NCBI GenBank assembly: GCA_010093815.1
Contig: ML996587.1
Origin: Pseudovirgaria hyperparasitica
Lineage: Eukaryota
Reading direction: 5' to 3' (one strand)
DNA length: 64,000 nt
Below are positions 27,001-40,892 of this stretch, piece by piece. The notes beneath the pieces are model-generated. The model saw only the letters and a list, made by a program, of their open reading frames with translations, had not been told where the DNA came from and did no database searches. A program made the position numbers and the translations under genes. The stretch's first letter is position 1. Each line of letters opens with the position of its first letter.

Positions 27001-29354
27001 TATTAAGTTCTATTATAAATATGTCTAGTGGCTAGGGTAAGGTCGAGTATAGATCCGCCCTTATCTTATTTATATTTTCGCTAGATAATCTATTCTACTA
27101 GTATAAGAAGGTATAGGAAGCCGTGGTATTAGGTGCGTAGTTCTCTAGCTCGAAGCTCTTCGCGGGTGACGGTTAGTCTACCCCACTAGCTATAATAGAG
27201 GTTAAAGTCTCCTAGGAGGATATATTATCCTAGCTCGGTAGTACCCTTAAGTATATTATCCGCCTAAAGCGATCGGTTCTAATTATATATATTATATATG
27301 TGGAGGGGTCCGATATTCGTCTAGAGGTATAGTATTATCTAGAGGTTATCCCGTTTAGTATACGACCATAATAAGAGTAGAATAGACTTATAAACATAGA
27401 AGAGGACTCTCCTCTCCGGTCCTAGGGGGTATATTATATAATATTCTAGGTGTGTTATTAGTTTATTCGTCTGGTAGTATTTATATAGCTCCTATATAGC
27501 GAGTATTATAGCTCCGGTCTCCTCGAGGAGTATCGCCTAGTTCTTATATTTATACTATACATTTATCTATATAATTAGGAGTGTATCTTAGTCTCTTATT
27601 AGGTGCTAGAGAATATATATGCCTATATATTTATTCCTCTAAGACGCGACTATCCTCGTACGGCGGCGGCCTTAGTAATTCCTTAGGGCCGTTCTATTAT
27701 TAGCTTTCTCGGGACGGTTTACTATTCCTAACCGCTTTCTCGTAAGGAGGTAGTCTATAGTAGTAGTATTATAGTAAAGAGAGGAACGGTAGTAGGTCGC
27801 ATCGTTTATAGCTACCTTACTCCCTTTATCCGGATTAAGTAGATATATTTAGTAACCTATTTACGTTTCGCGTACGTAGTCGACCACGACGGGTACTTAC
27901 CGTCGTAGTTAGAGTACTTCGCCGTATCCCTATCCCTCTAGCCCTCTCCTCGTGTTCTATAGGGGTACTCCTAGGTACTATATTCTTATTAATACTACCT
28001 ATACCTAGTCTTTTAGGAGTACCGCTATGCCGTGTACCCGTATCTCTAATAGTTAAAGCACTATATTATCGCCTATACTCTATCCTATAGTTCCGCTATA
28101 AGAAGCTCCCCTTCCGCTAGGAATCCCTCTTACGTAATTTAATACGCGAGGGCGGGGTCCTTAAGCTCTACTATTATAGTAGAGTATGCCTTCGATCTAG
28201 TTTTAATCCCTTATATATTCTTCTACCATACTCTTACGATCTTAATTCCTAGGTATTTTCGCTTATTTAACTATTCCATCCGCGTAATATCCTCTTCTCC
28301 GATAACCTATCCGCTTATAGATATAGAGTATACCTATATTAGGTATATAGCCGCCCTAATAGAGGCGCCTAGAAAGATACTACTAATCGCGTTCGGATCG
28401 CGCGAGATAGTCTACTACGCGATATTCGTTATCGTGGTAAGTACTACTCCTTCTAGCGTGAGTTTAGCGGCGATAACGTTTAACTATATTCCCTTTTATT
28501 TATTAATCTTACTTACTATATCCTTTAGGGATACTTACTAGACCTATACTAGGGTGTCCTTATTCTAGATTATAACGTGTATACTATACGCCGCGTCGCC
28601 GGTCTAGGGGGCCCGTAGTATAGCCTCCGGTATTACTACTATTTATACCTATATACTAGGGCGCTTACCTTAAGTAAGTTCCTCCTAGATTCTACGTAGG
28701 CTAGCCTCTATTCGGTCGAGCCTACCCTCCGGTCCTCCTAGTTATATCTTCTTCTCCTCCTCTATAATTCCCTTTAGGTTCCGGATAAGGTTCTAGAATA
28801 TATATAGAAGGGTCTTCTAGCCCTCTCCGGCTTCCTTCTCTATACGTGCTACCTAGTAGTTAATGCGATCTAGGAGGGTTTCCCCTCTCGGGGTCCTCTT
28901 TATTCTATCTATCTATAGCGGCGTGCGCCTTTAGGTGTGTTCTACGTTTTAGATAGGTGTATAGTTACCCTTAGTAATATCGCTATATAGCCTTTTCTAT
29001 TATACCGGTGGGGGTATATCCGGTATATACCGGGGTATATCGGTGCCTAAGGCCGCTATATTTATTAGTTAAGGGCTACCCTTAACTAATAAAAGGGGGT
29101 CGGCGTATCGGCGTTCTAGTAGCGTGGTCTGTGTCTCTATCTCCGTGAGGATTTTAAGAGGGTATATATATATCTTTACACGGCGATAACGTCTTAGTTT
29201 CGACGCTATACGTACGTGCGTGTAGTAGTAGTTAGTATACTCGGTATACTCTATCGATTAAGGTATATATCTTGCTATATTACCCCGAATGGACCAAGTT
29301 GGCCTCTTGGGGATGTAAAAGAAGTTTAAATATTAATAATAAAGTAAACTTCTC
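24032..29354 (-). mobile_element. Full-length Tad1-like LINE, subfamily B (RIP-inactivated)
   Basis: 15-bp TSD aactaaataagtata at 24017-24031 and 29355-29369. Residual RT fragment LPNDKAPGLDRILNR (ORF track 26220-26402). (AAT)n tail at the left end; canonical 5' terminus at ~29327. Confidence 0.92.
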
Positions 29355-29722
29355 AACTAAATAAGTATACCTTCCTTTAGTAATCTAGTAGTAAATATAA
29401 CTTATTCTTCTAGGTTCTAGATTTAGTAGATCTAGAGATATATTCTAATCTATATTAGAAATCCTTAGAGTTCGCTTTACTTATCTTTAAAAGATTCTAG
29501 GATTTTTCTTTTAAAGTCCTCTTTAGCTTTTCTAAGTTTAATATTTTCTCTCTAGAGCTCTATAACTTACTTCTCTAATTCTATAATAAGATATCTAACT
29601 TATTCTATAGTTAGAACTTATAGAGTAGTTTATAAAGATAAGAACTATCTATTATTTACTATTTTTTATATTTAAATAGATAGTATAAATACTTACTTTA
29701 GAGTCTAAGGTAGTAATTAAAC

Positions 29723-30251
29723 TATAATAAACCTTCTCTAGTAAGGATATAGCTTATCTCTAAAGTAGTCTATTATATAAAGTATTCTAGTTTTTCTAAA
29801 GATAAAGATACTTAGAAGGCTTAGAAGAGTATAAGTAGATTTATAGTAAGTATTAATAGAGTATAAATAGTAACTAGCTAGTAGGCGAGTAAAGTAGTAA
29901 TTATATTAGTATAAGTTTAAATTAATTACTATAGAACTATCTCTAGAGATTAGGTTTAAAGGGTCTATATAGTTCTACTAAGGTCCTTTAATTAGAATAC
30001 TTATTCTAAGTATCTAGTATATTATTTAGAATATTAGTATTCTATTTCTAATTACTTAGTAGACTACTTAGAATATCTATTCTAAGTACCTATAATTAGC
30101 TCTTCCTATAGATGCCTATCTTAGCCTTAGATTATTATCTAAGGCTACCTATAGTATTATAAGTACTCCTTCTAGATATTATACTATCTCTTACGCTACT
30201 CGTGCTAGAGTCTACGTATCCTTCTATAGTTATAGCTAGTAATTTATTCTA
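29723..30251 (-). repeat. 5' LTR of the Gypsy element (529 bp)
   Basis: Direct repeat of 12335-13820 without the SINE; followed by TSD GTATT. Confidence 0.9.
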
Positions 30252-30982
30252 GTATTTAGACTATTCTAGTTATACTATCTATTAGTATAGTAATCCATAT
30301 CTATATACTAGAGCGTTTTTTCTAGATAAGGTCTATCTAGATCTTTAATAGACTAGCCTTAATCTAGTCTAGTCTAGACTCTAGATTTAACTCTAGTATC
30401 TACTTTACTTCTATAGTAAGTTCTTAGATATTCTAGACTAGACTCTAGAAGATATTAAGAAGGGTAGCTTCTCTCTTCTTAACCTTTCTTTCTATATATA
30501 CTATCTAGTATTTAATTTTATCTATAAGGGTATCCTCTAGTAGAGTTCCCTCTATCTTAGTTATCTATAGTATTTTATACCCTTAGTTATTCTTTATTTT
30601 CTAGATAGTAGTTTAGTTATTCTAGAATATACTACTATATAGCTATTTCTATTATACTAGTAGTAGGGATATACCTAGCGGAAGCTAGGGTATATTAGTA
30701 TCTAAGGCTACTATAATTATTAGTTAAGGGCTACTTTTAACTAATAAAAGAAAAGTTAATATATTAGTATTTATTAGTAGTAGTCTATACTTACTACTCT
30801 AAAGAGTTTTTAAGTATATATATATATAGTATCTCTATATATTAGTACTATTATATATTATATACTATATATATATATATATTAGAAGTTATTATACTTA
30901 GTATACTCTATTAATTAATATCTATAGATTACTATATCGCTCTAAATTAACTAGTTTTAGTCCCTTAGAGTATAAGAAGTTT
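30252..30982 (-). mobile_element. Old LINE (subfamily C), 5' part resuming after the Gypsy insertion
   Basis: Contains the ORF1 N-terminus, the palindrome at 30717-30747 and the 5' terminus gaagttt. Right TSD tatagtataagatata at 30983-30998. Confidence 0.85.
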
Positions 30983-30998
30983 TATAGTATAAGATATA

Positions 30999-33560
30999 GT
31001 ACTATATACTATAATATTCTTAATTATAGTATAATCTCTAACTCTAACTATAAATATAAGCTATCTATAATAGAAGAGAAGGAACTAGTTATTATATAGT
31101 AATATTAGTTAGAATTTTCGGACCTAGAAGTAAAGCTATACTATCTCTATCTAGGTTTACTTACTCTAGTATCTATAGATAAAATTAGATATATTCTAAA
31201 GTAAAAGAAATTCTTTATAAAGATTCTAGCTATAGTTTCTAATAAAGAACTTAAGGAGAGTATAATATCTATAGATAAGAAATAGAACTTTACTATTATA
31301 CTTCTAAAAGATATAAGATTTAAGGTAGAGTAATTATCTAAGAGTAGTATTATTATATAGCTCTTAAAACTAGATAATAGATACTCTATAAAGGAAATAG
31401 CTTAAGTAGAATATATATAGATTCTAGTATAGTACTTTATAATAGATACTATAGAGGAAATCTAGAGCTACTATAGTTATATATAGAATATACTAGTATC
31501 TTAGCTATAAGTTTTAAATAGTAAGAATATTTAGTACTATACTATATAGTAAAGAAGAGATAGATTAGTTTAGATTACTATTATAACTTAGCTATAAAAA
31601 GATATTATCTAAGAATAGATAATTAGACTACTAGACTTAATTATATAGTAATTATACTATAATTATAAAGCGATACTTATTATATATAAATACTAATAAT
31701 ATATTCTCTATAGATATATAAGATTCTAGTATATTATATAATATATTAAAGGCCTTAATAATAGTTAGATAATAGTACTATAATCTTCTAGATACTAGTT
31801 CTAGTTAATCTACTATCTAAGTTCTCTAGAAGATAAGGCTAGAATTATAAAAAACGTCCGTAAAGTATACTTATAGATACTATTAAAAAAGACTATACTC
31901 TAAGACTTAGTTTAAAAATAGAGTCTAGTAGAGAATATAATAGCTAACTAGTATTAAGGAGTAGAAGAAAAGCTACTTAAGAAAGTCTATATACTATATA
32001 TAGAAGATATAGTATATATATAGCTAATCTCTATAGTCTCTCTTAAAGACCTTATATAGAAATTTACTATAGTCTATAAGAAAATACTATAGTTTATAGA
32101 TTCTTTAAATTATAGTACTATAAATAACTAGATAACTATACTAATAATTATTTAAGATAGTTTCTATAAAGACTAAATTATATAGAATAGAAAAATTAAT
32201 AGACTTCTACTATAATACTTACTTAATAGATATACTTTAACTCTATCTAAAATCTCTATATAAACTATTATTATAAGCTTACTATCTAGTTTTAATAAAG
32301 TAGATAACTTTTTTATAATTAAAGGATTTATAAATACTAGTAAGATATAGTTAATTATTTTAGTAAGAGAGATTACTAAGAAACTAAAAGCTAGAGTCTC
32401 TATCTTAGATATTCTAATAGATCTAACTAAAGGCGTTATTAAATTAAGGATACTAGAAGAAATATAGACTCTAGTTATAAAGGTAATAGAGATAATTAAG
32501 ATTCTATTATCTATTATAAAACTAGTACTAGCTACTACTATAAAGAAGATTAAATCTATAAAGAAGATAAAGTTAATTACTACTAAAATAATAGTATCTA
32601 AGATAGCTTCTATATTATCTAAACTTCTATCTACTCTAATAGAACTAGAGCTATAATCTACCTTAATTTCTATAACCTTATCTCTCTTAATTCCCGCTAC
32701 ATTAACTATAAATACTATTAGTTAATATAAAGCGGAGATAAAGATACTTATCTTAGCTTATAAGAAAGAGATAGAAGTCTAGATTAAAGAACTTATAATA
32801 GAAGCTCTAAAAAGATTCTTAGTAGAAGTATAAAAGATTACTACATAAAATATAGCTATAATAGTAGTAACTACTACGTCTATGGTAAATGCTTTATCTA
32901 AGAAAGAACTAATTATATAAATACTAAAAATTACTAGCTAGATATAAAGATTTATAGAGATAATTATAAATCTATAATATTCTAATAGTATAATAAAAAC
33001 TATAGAGTATACTATAGAAGTAGATATATAGAATATTAATAAAGTAATTAGAAGATATTAGTAATATATCTAAACTAGCTTTAAAAATTCTCTTACTAAG
33101 AAAGAGAAAGAGCTAGATAAAACTTCTATACTTTTTAATAAGATAGTAGCTACTAGTACTTATAGTTACTATTCTAAATTAGATAATATTTAGATAGAGA
33201 TACTAGTTTCTAGAATCTCTATATCTAAGTACTAGTACTAGTTTAATATATCTAAGTACTAGTTTAAAGAACTACTAGAATAAAATAAATAGAAGAATAA
33301 ATTCTATAATATAGAAGACTTCTAAATAGAAGAAGCTACTACTATTAAAACTATTACTATTCTAATTATTAAAACTAACGAAGTTACTACTACTATTAAT
33401 AATACTACTACTAAAACTATACTAATAGTAGAAACTAATACTATAGTTAATATAGAGATTAACATTATTATAAGTACTACTATAGCTATAAATATAGAAA
33501 CTATTATTATTCTAATATCTATAGTTTCTACTTCTACTAAATCCACTTACTTAACTTAGC
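30999..33560 (+). pseudogene. RIP-degraded coding relic of unknown identity (Glu/Lys-rich region, then Thr-rich low-complexity end)
   Basis: Codon-like purine-rich periodicity on the + strand. Open stretch ~33305-33550 reads IEEATTIKTITILIIKTNEVTTT. No family motif recognised. Confidence 0.35.
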
Positions 33561-35472
33561 TAAGAAAAGATAATAATATATATAAATAGTTATAGATCTC
33601 TATAGCTATACTAATACTATAAATAGATTAAATAAATATAAAAGAAATAAGAGTAATAAGAATAGTACTAAATTATATATTTAAATACTCTAATAACTAA
33701 TTTAAAGCTCTCCTTAAGATTTATAATAGACTTTAGATAGTTACTATAAATCTAAAGATAATAGAAGCTATTCTTATATAAGAACTAGAGAGATAAAGAG
33801 CTATATTATAATAATACTATTAATACTTCTACTAATATCTAGAAAGTAATATTATATAGTATCTATATAAGTATCTAACTAAAGTAAGTCTACTAGAGTA
33901 AAGAACTTTAATATTATTATTTTAAGTAGTTAGAGGTAGCTATTATAGAAGATAATAAGAAGATAGATAATAGTAAGAACCATAGACTAAAGGTCCTATA
34001 TATATAGCCGTAGATTCTATGAAGTAGCTAGGAATTAACTAATGAAATACTTAACTAAGACATAACATCTATATTCTTAATAATAGATATATAGAGTAGC
34101 TAGCCTAGGTTTATAGTAGTAGATATCTATTATATAGTATAGTACTTAATTATTTACTACTTCACGACGCTAACATATAGATATTTAGTATACCTAGAAT
34201 TAATATTATAGTATCTACTAGAGAGAGTCTAAGAAAGACTTCTAATTATAATATAACTATTAGTATAGGGTATAAAGTATATATTACTAAGATAGTAACT
34301 CTAGCCTTATAATATACTCTATCTAAGAATAACTTTATAGTATTTACTAGAGAGTATCTAAGAAAGAGTTCTAGTTATAATACGACTACTAGTAAGAGAT
34401 AGATAGTATCTATTATTAAGATAGTAATTTCTATATTATAATAATTTAACTCTCTCTATATAAATAACTTTATAGTATCTACTATAGAAAGTCTAGAGAG
34501 ATATCTTTCTCTATAACTAAAGATAGCTATTATAGAGTAAGTATTAGTTCTAACTATAGTATAGAAGAAGTTCTAAATATATTATCTAGTAGATATTTAT
34601 CTATTATAATACTTACTAATCTATCTATAGAACTATCTATTATATAGAACTATTATAGATTAAATTAAATTAGCTTTTAAATAGATTAAGGTCTAGCTAG
34701 CTATATACTAAAGAGAGTATACTATAGTATATATAGAAGGCTGTTAGTATAGTATAGGGTTATTTTAGAGAGTATTTAGATTACTTATAATAGAGTAGAA
34801 TAATAATTAGAAGGTATTATAGAGTTAGTAATAATATTAGTAGCTCTAGCTCTTAAGATATAACTATTATAGAGAATAGAATATAAAGAGAATAATAGTT
34901 TAATGTTATAGAGAACTAGAGAGAAGGAGTTAGTATATATCTAGCTATAAAGAGACTACTTAGAAGAATATAAGTAGAAATTAGTATAGAGTATTCTAAT
35001 CTATTATAGAACTAGTACTACTAAGAGAGACTAGTAGAGAGAGTAATATATATTACTACTACTATTATATATTTTAAATCTTTAGACTCTTTTTCTTTAT
35101 TTATAGTAGTATAATAATATATTATAGAGAGGGAATAGAAGAGATAATAGAAGATAAAAAGATAATAATAAGAAGCCTTAGATATACTAGAAAATTAATA
35201 GTCCACGCCGCTAAGAGCTATAGATTTTTTACCTACTACTAAATATAATACTAGAGACTTATAACTAGAACTTATCTATAATACTATATCTATTAGTTAT
35301 AAAAAGTATATAGAATTACTTAGTATAACTAGAAGTATAATTTATTAGAATAGATTTTAAATTAAGGTTATAGTTAATTTATTATATTATAAAAGAGTGT
35401 TTTGTAGTATAGAATCTAGTAAGAGTACTAGTAGATAATAGATAAAATATTATATCTTTTTATAATTCTATA

Positions 35473-35572
35473 GGAATTATTATACTTACTATACTCTATT
35501 AATTAATATATATAGATTACTATATTACCCTAAATTAACTAGTTTTAGTCTCTTAGAGTATAAAGAGATTTT
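35473..35572 (-). repeat. Isolated LINE 5'-terminal fragment
   Basis: Matches the LINE C 5' end at ~30885-30982. Confidence 0.75.
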
Positions 35573-35600
35573 CTAGAGACTTAGTATATTAATATTTATA

Positions 35601-38600
35601 ATAATAATAATAATAATAATATTATATAACTAGGTAGAGTAGTACTCTATAGGCCTATGCCTTCTCTAGTCTAAGCCACTATATAAGAAGAAACCCTATA
35701 GGGAAAAACTTCCTTATATCTATAACTATATCTCGTTAAACCTCTATTTCGTCTTAAGTATATAGCTATAGGGTACGCCTATTAGTCTATAGCCTATATT
35801 ACTATTATTTTACCCTTAGGTAGTATATATAGGTGCAGAGGTTATTAGTTAAGGGCTGCCCTTAACTAATAATCGGGGTTCTCCTAGGGTTCTTCTAGTA
35901 TATATCGGGTTACTACCGGCGTATACCGGGTCTCTTCTAGTATATATTTCTAGGTCTACTAGTACTAGAGGAGTAGTAGATATATAAGTATCTATCGGGA
36001 GACGTTCTTAGGGTACTTATTAAGCTATTATATAATATCTAAAGTCTTCGTAACGTAGATAAGCTATTACCGTTATATATAGAGGTTAGGGTATATAGCT
36101 AGATAGTAGCGTATTATACCTCTCTAGCCGTACGCCTTATACTATAGGGAGATATTAGGAACGTCTCTCTTATAGATATAGTATAGAAGTTCTATAGCGC
36201 CCGTTTAGGCTTAGATAAGTATAGATACTTAGGCTTTCGTTAGCCCTTTATATATCTATTTACTTAGTTCCTTCTATAGCCCTTAAATCTACTCTAGATA
36301 CCTATTCTACTAGGAGGTCTAATAGGTATAGAGTGCCTCTTTCTACTTATCTTAAGTCCACGACCGTATATTTTTTATAAGTTCTTAAAGACTCTACCGG
36401 TCTAGAAGAGCGTCCGGGTTATCTCGGACTTCTTATACTACTTAGCTAGAGTTAGCTTCTATTAAGCACCTATACCGTATTTAATTCCGGCCTATATATA
36501 GAAGTACACGGTAATATATACTAATTCGTGCACGTAGCGCGGCGAAAGTATATTCTATATTTCCTATATATTCCTATACTTATTATTTAGTAAAGTATAC
36601 CACCCTCTATATCTAGTAGAAGTTATATATACTTATAACGTCTATCTCGCGTCGTAGTAGTACTATATTAGTAGCTTTATATACGCCTAATATAAGACGG
36701 AGTATACGGTTCTATATGGATTCGAGCTTTATTCGCCTAGTCTATATAAGGGCCGTGTACTAGTACTCGTATCCGTATATAAAGGCGGGTCGTACTATAG
36801 ATATATATAGCTAGCGTGCCTTATCCCGGGCGGTTCTCTATATAGAGACTATAATCCGTTATATAGCGGCTTCTATCTAGAGGGCCCTAGAGACGGTATA
36901 TACTACTTATAGTCCCTATTTAAGCTTACTATCTAGTATAACTCCGAGCGCGTGTATACTTTATACTAGTAGTTCGTTAAATATATTAATTCGGGGGCGT
37001 TATTTACCTTCTCTAGTTATCTATTTCCCTTAATAATTAATAAAGTATATAAGCTAGTATTTCTCCGGGGCGAACTTTACTCTATAGCGTTTTACCTACT
37101 AGAGGTACCTCTTATAGTTCTATTCTAGTTGTCTACACGTTCGGTTAGTATTATTATTAATAGCTAGGAGATATATATTATCGGCGTATCCGACTACCTC
37201 TATATACTTTATTTCTTAAAGAAGGTCTACTGTAAAGAAGAGGAATAGAATCGGAGAGATAGTACTCCCTTATAGGATACCGTATACCGTCTCTTTATAT
37301 TCGCTCTAGTACCTAGAGATATATATCTAAGTTATTCTTTCTATAAGGAATAACTATATAAAGCGTGTAATCTATTCTAGTATTCGTCTTATCCGGAGGT
37401 TATAAATAAGTCTTATATAGTTTACCTTATTAAACGCTCCGGCTATATTAGTAAGAGAGAGGAGCGATACTACCCGTCCCTATTTCTATACGGCCTAGAC
37501 GACTTTAATAATATATTAGATAGCTATTATTAGGGAGCTATCTACCTTTATCTTCTAGTTCGGAGGGAGAAGATTATATTTCTATACCGTGGTACTTATC
37601 TTCTTCGCTATCGTAGCCTCTAGTATCTTACCTAGGTAGGAGAGAAGGGTAATTAGTCTCTATCCCTTTAGAGAGTTAGAGCTCTTTTCTAGTTTCGGGA
37701 GTATAATAGTATAGATAACTTAGAAGCTCTAGGGGTGGTACCCCTATATAACGTATACTTAGAATATATAAGTAATAAGCGGTAGGGTCGCTTTTATAGT
37801 ACTTTTTAGGCATCGATTTAGAATTCTATCTGGTCTAGGTACTTTATTATTTAGAAGTATCTTAATAATATTAAGTATATCCTCCTCCGTAACTTCTTCG
37901 GGGATATCTACTATATATAGATATTTAGTACCGTAAACGTCTAATAGGTCTACTAGTTCCGGGAGAGGGAATATGGCCTTCTATAGGGCCTTAGTTTTCT
38001 TAAGGCCCGTAGAGTATATTCTCCTCTAATATATTAGGGGAGGTATAAGTAGCGGGGGTATCGGAGTATCTACGCCCTTAGCCTATTTTACTATATACTA
38101 TAGCCCTATTACGTGTCGTATCTATTAACTAGTAATTATATACTACTATTTACGCCTTTTATTACGGAGGACTTTATCGCGTTATTATATTACTTCCTTC
38201 TATTCTTTCTATGACTCGGGTATTCTTATATAGTATACGCGTCTATATAGCCTTCGGACGTCTTATCTACTTTCCTATACTTAAGGAATCCCCTTTACTT
38301 CCGGGGGCCGGTATATTCGGTATAGTATATATTTATTTCTTATATTCTAGTATATTTATAGGAGTGTCTATACGGCCTAGTCTATGGCTAGGTCGTTAGA
38401 TATATCGACTATAGAGGGATCTAGAATCGCCGATTCTAGGTCCTTTAGGTACTTTTCCTAGTCGGTGTCCTTCTATATCTATCGTCCCCGTTATTTATTT
38501 AGGGTATATATATTTATTATAGTTTCTATGTATTCGTGGTCGGAATCCGTCTATACCTAGCCTAGGCGGTAGTATTAGATCTAGTAACTAATATACTCCG

Positions 38601-40892
38601 TGGTAAAGGTAAGGTTAAGCGTAGACCCGTCTTCGTCCTATTTATGTTTTTTCTATATAACTTATTCTATAGGTGTGAGTAGGTATAGGAAGTTATAGTA
38701 GCGGGTGTGTAGTTCCCTTACTCTAAGTTCTTCCCTAACTACGGCTAGGTCTCTCTACTATTAGTAGTAGAGGTTAAAGTCTTCTAGAAGGATATATTAC
38801 CCTAGTTCCGTAGTACCCTCGAGTATCTTATCTAGTATAAGTATATATTATTAGTTATATATATTATATATATATAGGGGGCCTATATCTATTTATAGGT
38901 GTAGTATTATTCTAAGGTTATCGCGCTCGGTATACGACTATAATAAGAGTAGTATTAACCTATAAATATAGAAGAGGACTCGTCTTTCTAGTCCTAGAGG
39001 GTGTATAGTATAGTATCCGGGGTGTATAGTTAGTTTACTCGTCTAGTAGTATTTATAGGGTTCCTAGATAGTAAGTATTATAGCCCTAGTCTCTTTGAGA
39101 AGCGTCGCCTAGTTCTCTCTTTTATATTATATATTTATCTATATAATTCGGAGTATATTCTAGTCCCTTATTAGGTACTAGAGAGTATATATACCTATAT
39201 ACTTATTCCTTAGAGGCGCGACTATCCTCGCGCGGTAGCGGCTTTAACTATACCTTTTAGTTATTCTATTATCTTTAGAATAGTCTACTATCCTACCTAA
39301 CTACCTTCTAGAGAGGAGGTTAGGGGTATTATAAAGGAAGGGCTCGTGGTAGGTCTTATATTCTATAACTATCTTACGCCTCTCGCTTTTATCGTGCGAA
39401 TATATTCTATAACCTATTTATATTTTATATATATTAATGACTATAACGGGTATTTCCCGTCGTAGTTTAAATACTATACTATATCTCTATTTCTTAGTCT
39501 ATCTCCTTGCGGTTCGTGAGGGCACTTCTAGATAGTATAGTCCCTACGGTACTATCCGTACTTAGTCTTCTATAAGTACCTTTATATAGTATATCTATAC
39601 CCTTAATAGTTAAAGCACTATATTATTATCTATACTCTATCCTATAGCTCGGCTATAAGGAGCTCTCCTTCTATTAGGAATCCCTTCTATATAATATATT
39701 ATATAAGGGCGGGGTCTCGGAGCTCTATAATTATAGTAGAGTGTTTTTTCGCCGTCGTCTTAATCGTCTATAGATTCTTCTACTACGCTTTTATAATCTT
39801 AATCCCTAGATATTTTCGCGTGTTAGATTATTCTATATACATAATATTCTCTACTCTAATAGCCTATCCCTATACGGGTACTATATATACTATAATTAGA
39901 TATATAGCTACCCTAATAGACGCGCCGGGGAAGATACTACCTATTACGTTTAGATCTCGCGAGATGTTTTACTATATAGTATTTATTATAGTAGTAAGTA
40001 CTACCCTACCTAGTATAACTTTAGTAGCTATAATACTTAACTATATTCCTTTCTATTTATTAATCTTATTTATAATTTCCTTTAGAGATATCTATTAGAC
40101 CTATACTAGCATGTTCTTATCCTAGATTATAATACGTATACTATATACTCTATCTATAGTCCTAGTAGTTCTTAGTATAGTAGCTCTAGATATTACTATA
40201 ATCTAAGCCTACGTATTAGGGCGCTTACCTTAGAATAGCTCTTCCTAGATTCTCCGTAGGCTAGCTTCTATTTAGTCGAGCCTACTACTAGATTCCTCTT
40301 ATAGTAACTTCCTTTCTTTCTCTATAATTTCTCTTAGATTCTAGATAAGGTCCCGGAATATATAAAGGAGGGTCTTCTTTCCCTCCTCGGCGTCTCTCTC
40401 TATATATATTATCTAGTATTTAATTTTATCTAGGAGGGTCTCCCCTCTTAGGGTCCCCTTAGTCTAGGTTATCTATAGTACTTCGCACCCTTAGTTAGTT
40501 TCTATATTTTAGATAGGTATCTAGCTATCTATATTAATATTACTATATAGCCGTTTCTACCGTACTAGTAGGGGTATATCTAGCATCTACTAGGGTATTA
40601 CGATACCTAAGGCCGCTATGGTTATTAGTTAAGGGTAGCCCTTAACTAATAAAAGGGGGTTAGCATATTAGTATTTATTAGATATAGTCTATACTTATAT
40701 TATTAAAGAGTCTTTAAGTATATATATATAGTATCTCTATATATTAGTATCGTTATATATTATATACTATATATATATACGTGTGTCGGAGGTTATTATA
40801 CTCGGTATACTCTATTATTTAATATATATAAATTACTATTTTACCCTAAATTAACTAGTTTAGTCTGTTAGGGTATAAGAAGTTTTTAAATA
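35601..40892 (-). mobile_element. Full-length Tad1-like LINE, subfamily A copy 2 (RIP-inactivated)
   Basis: Reverse complement of 14082-19148, differing mainly by transitions. 15-bp TSD atattaatatttata at 35586-35600 and 40893-40907. Confidence 0.92.

Larger units (their letters stand above)
12335..30251 (-). mobile_element. Full-length chromodomain-bearing Ty3/Gypsy LTR retrotransposon with three nested insertions
   Basis: Two ~529-bp LTRs; 5-bp TSD GTATT at 12330-12334 and 30252-30256; PPT complement (tacccct tct) ~13824-13833; chromodomain, integrase, RNase H, RT and protease relics on the minus strand over ~19600-22900. Confidence 0.9.

Noticed and set aside
14098..40098. Short ORF-track ORFs (14098, 14871, 25476, 26224, 33322, 38211, 39820) as small membrane or secreted proteins
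   Set aside because: They are antisense or off-frame to RIP-mutated sequence; the Ile/Tyr/Leu bias is a RIP artefact. Only 26220-26402 is a real RT fragment.
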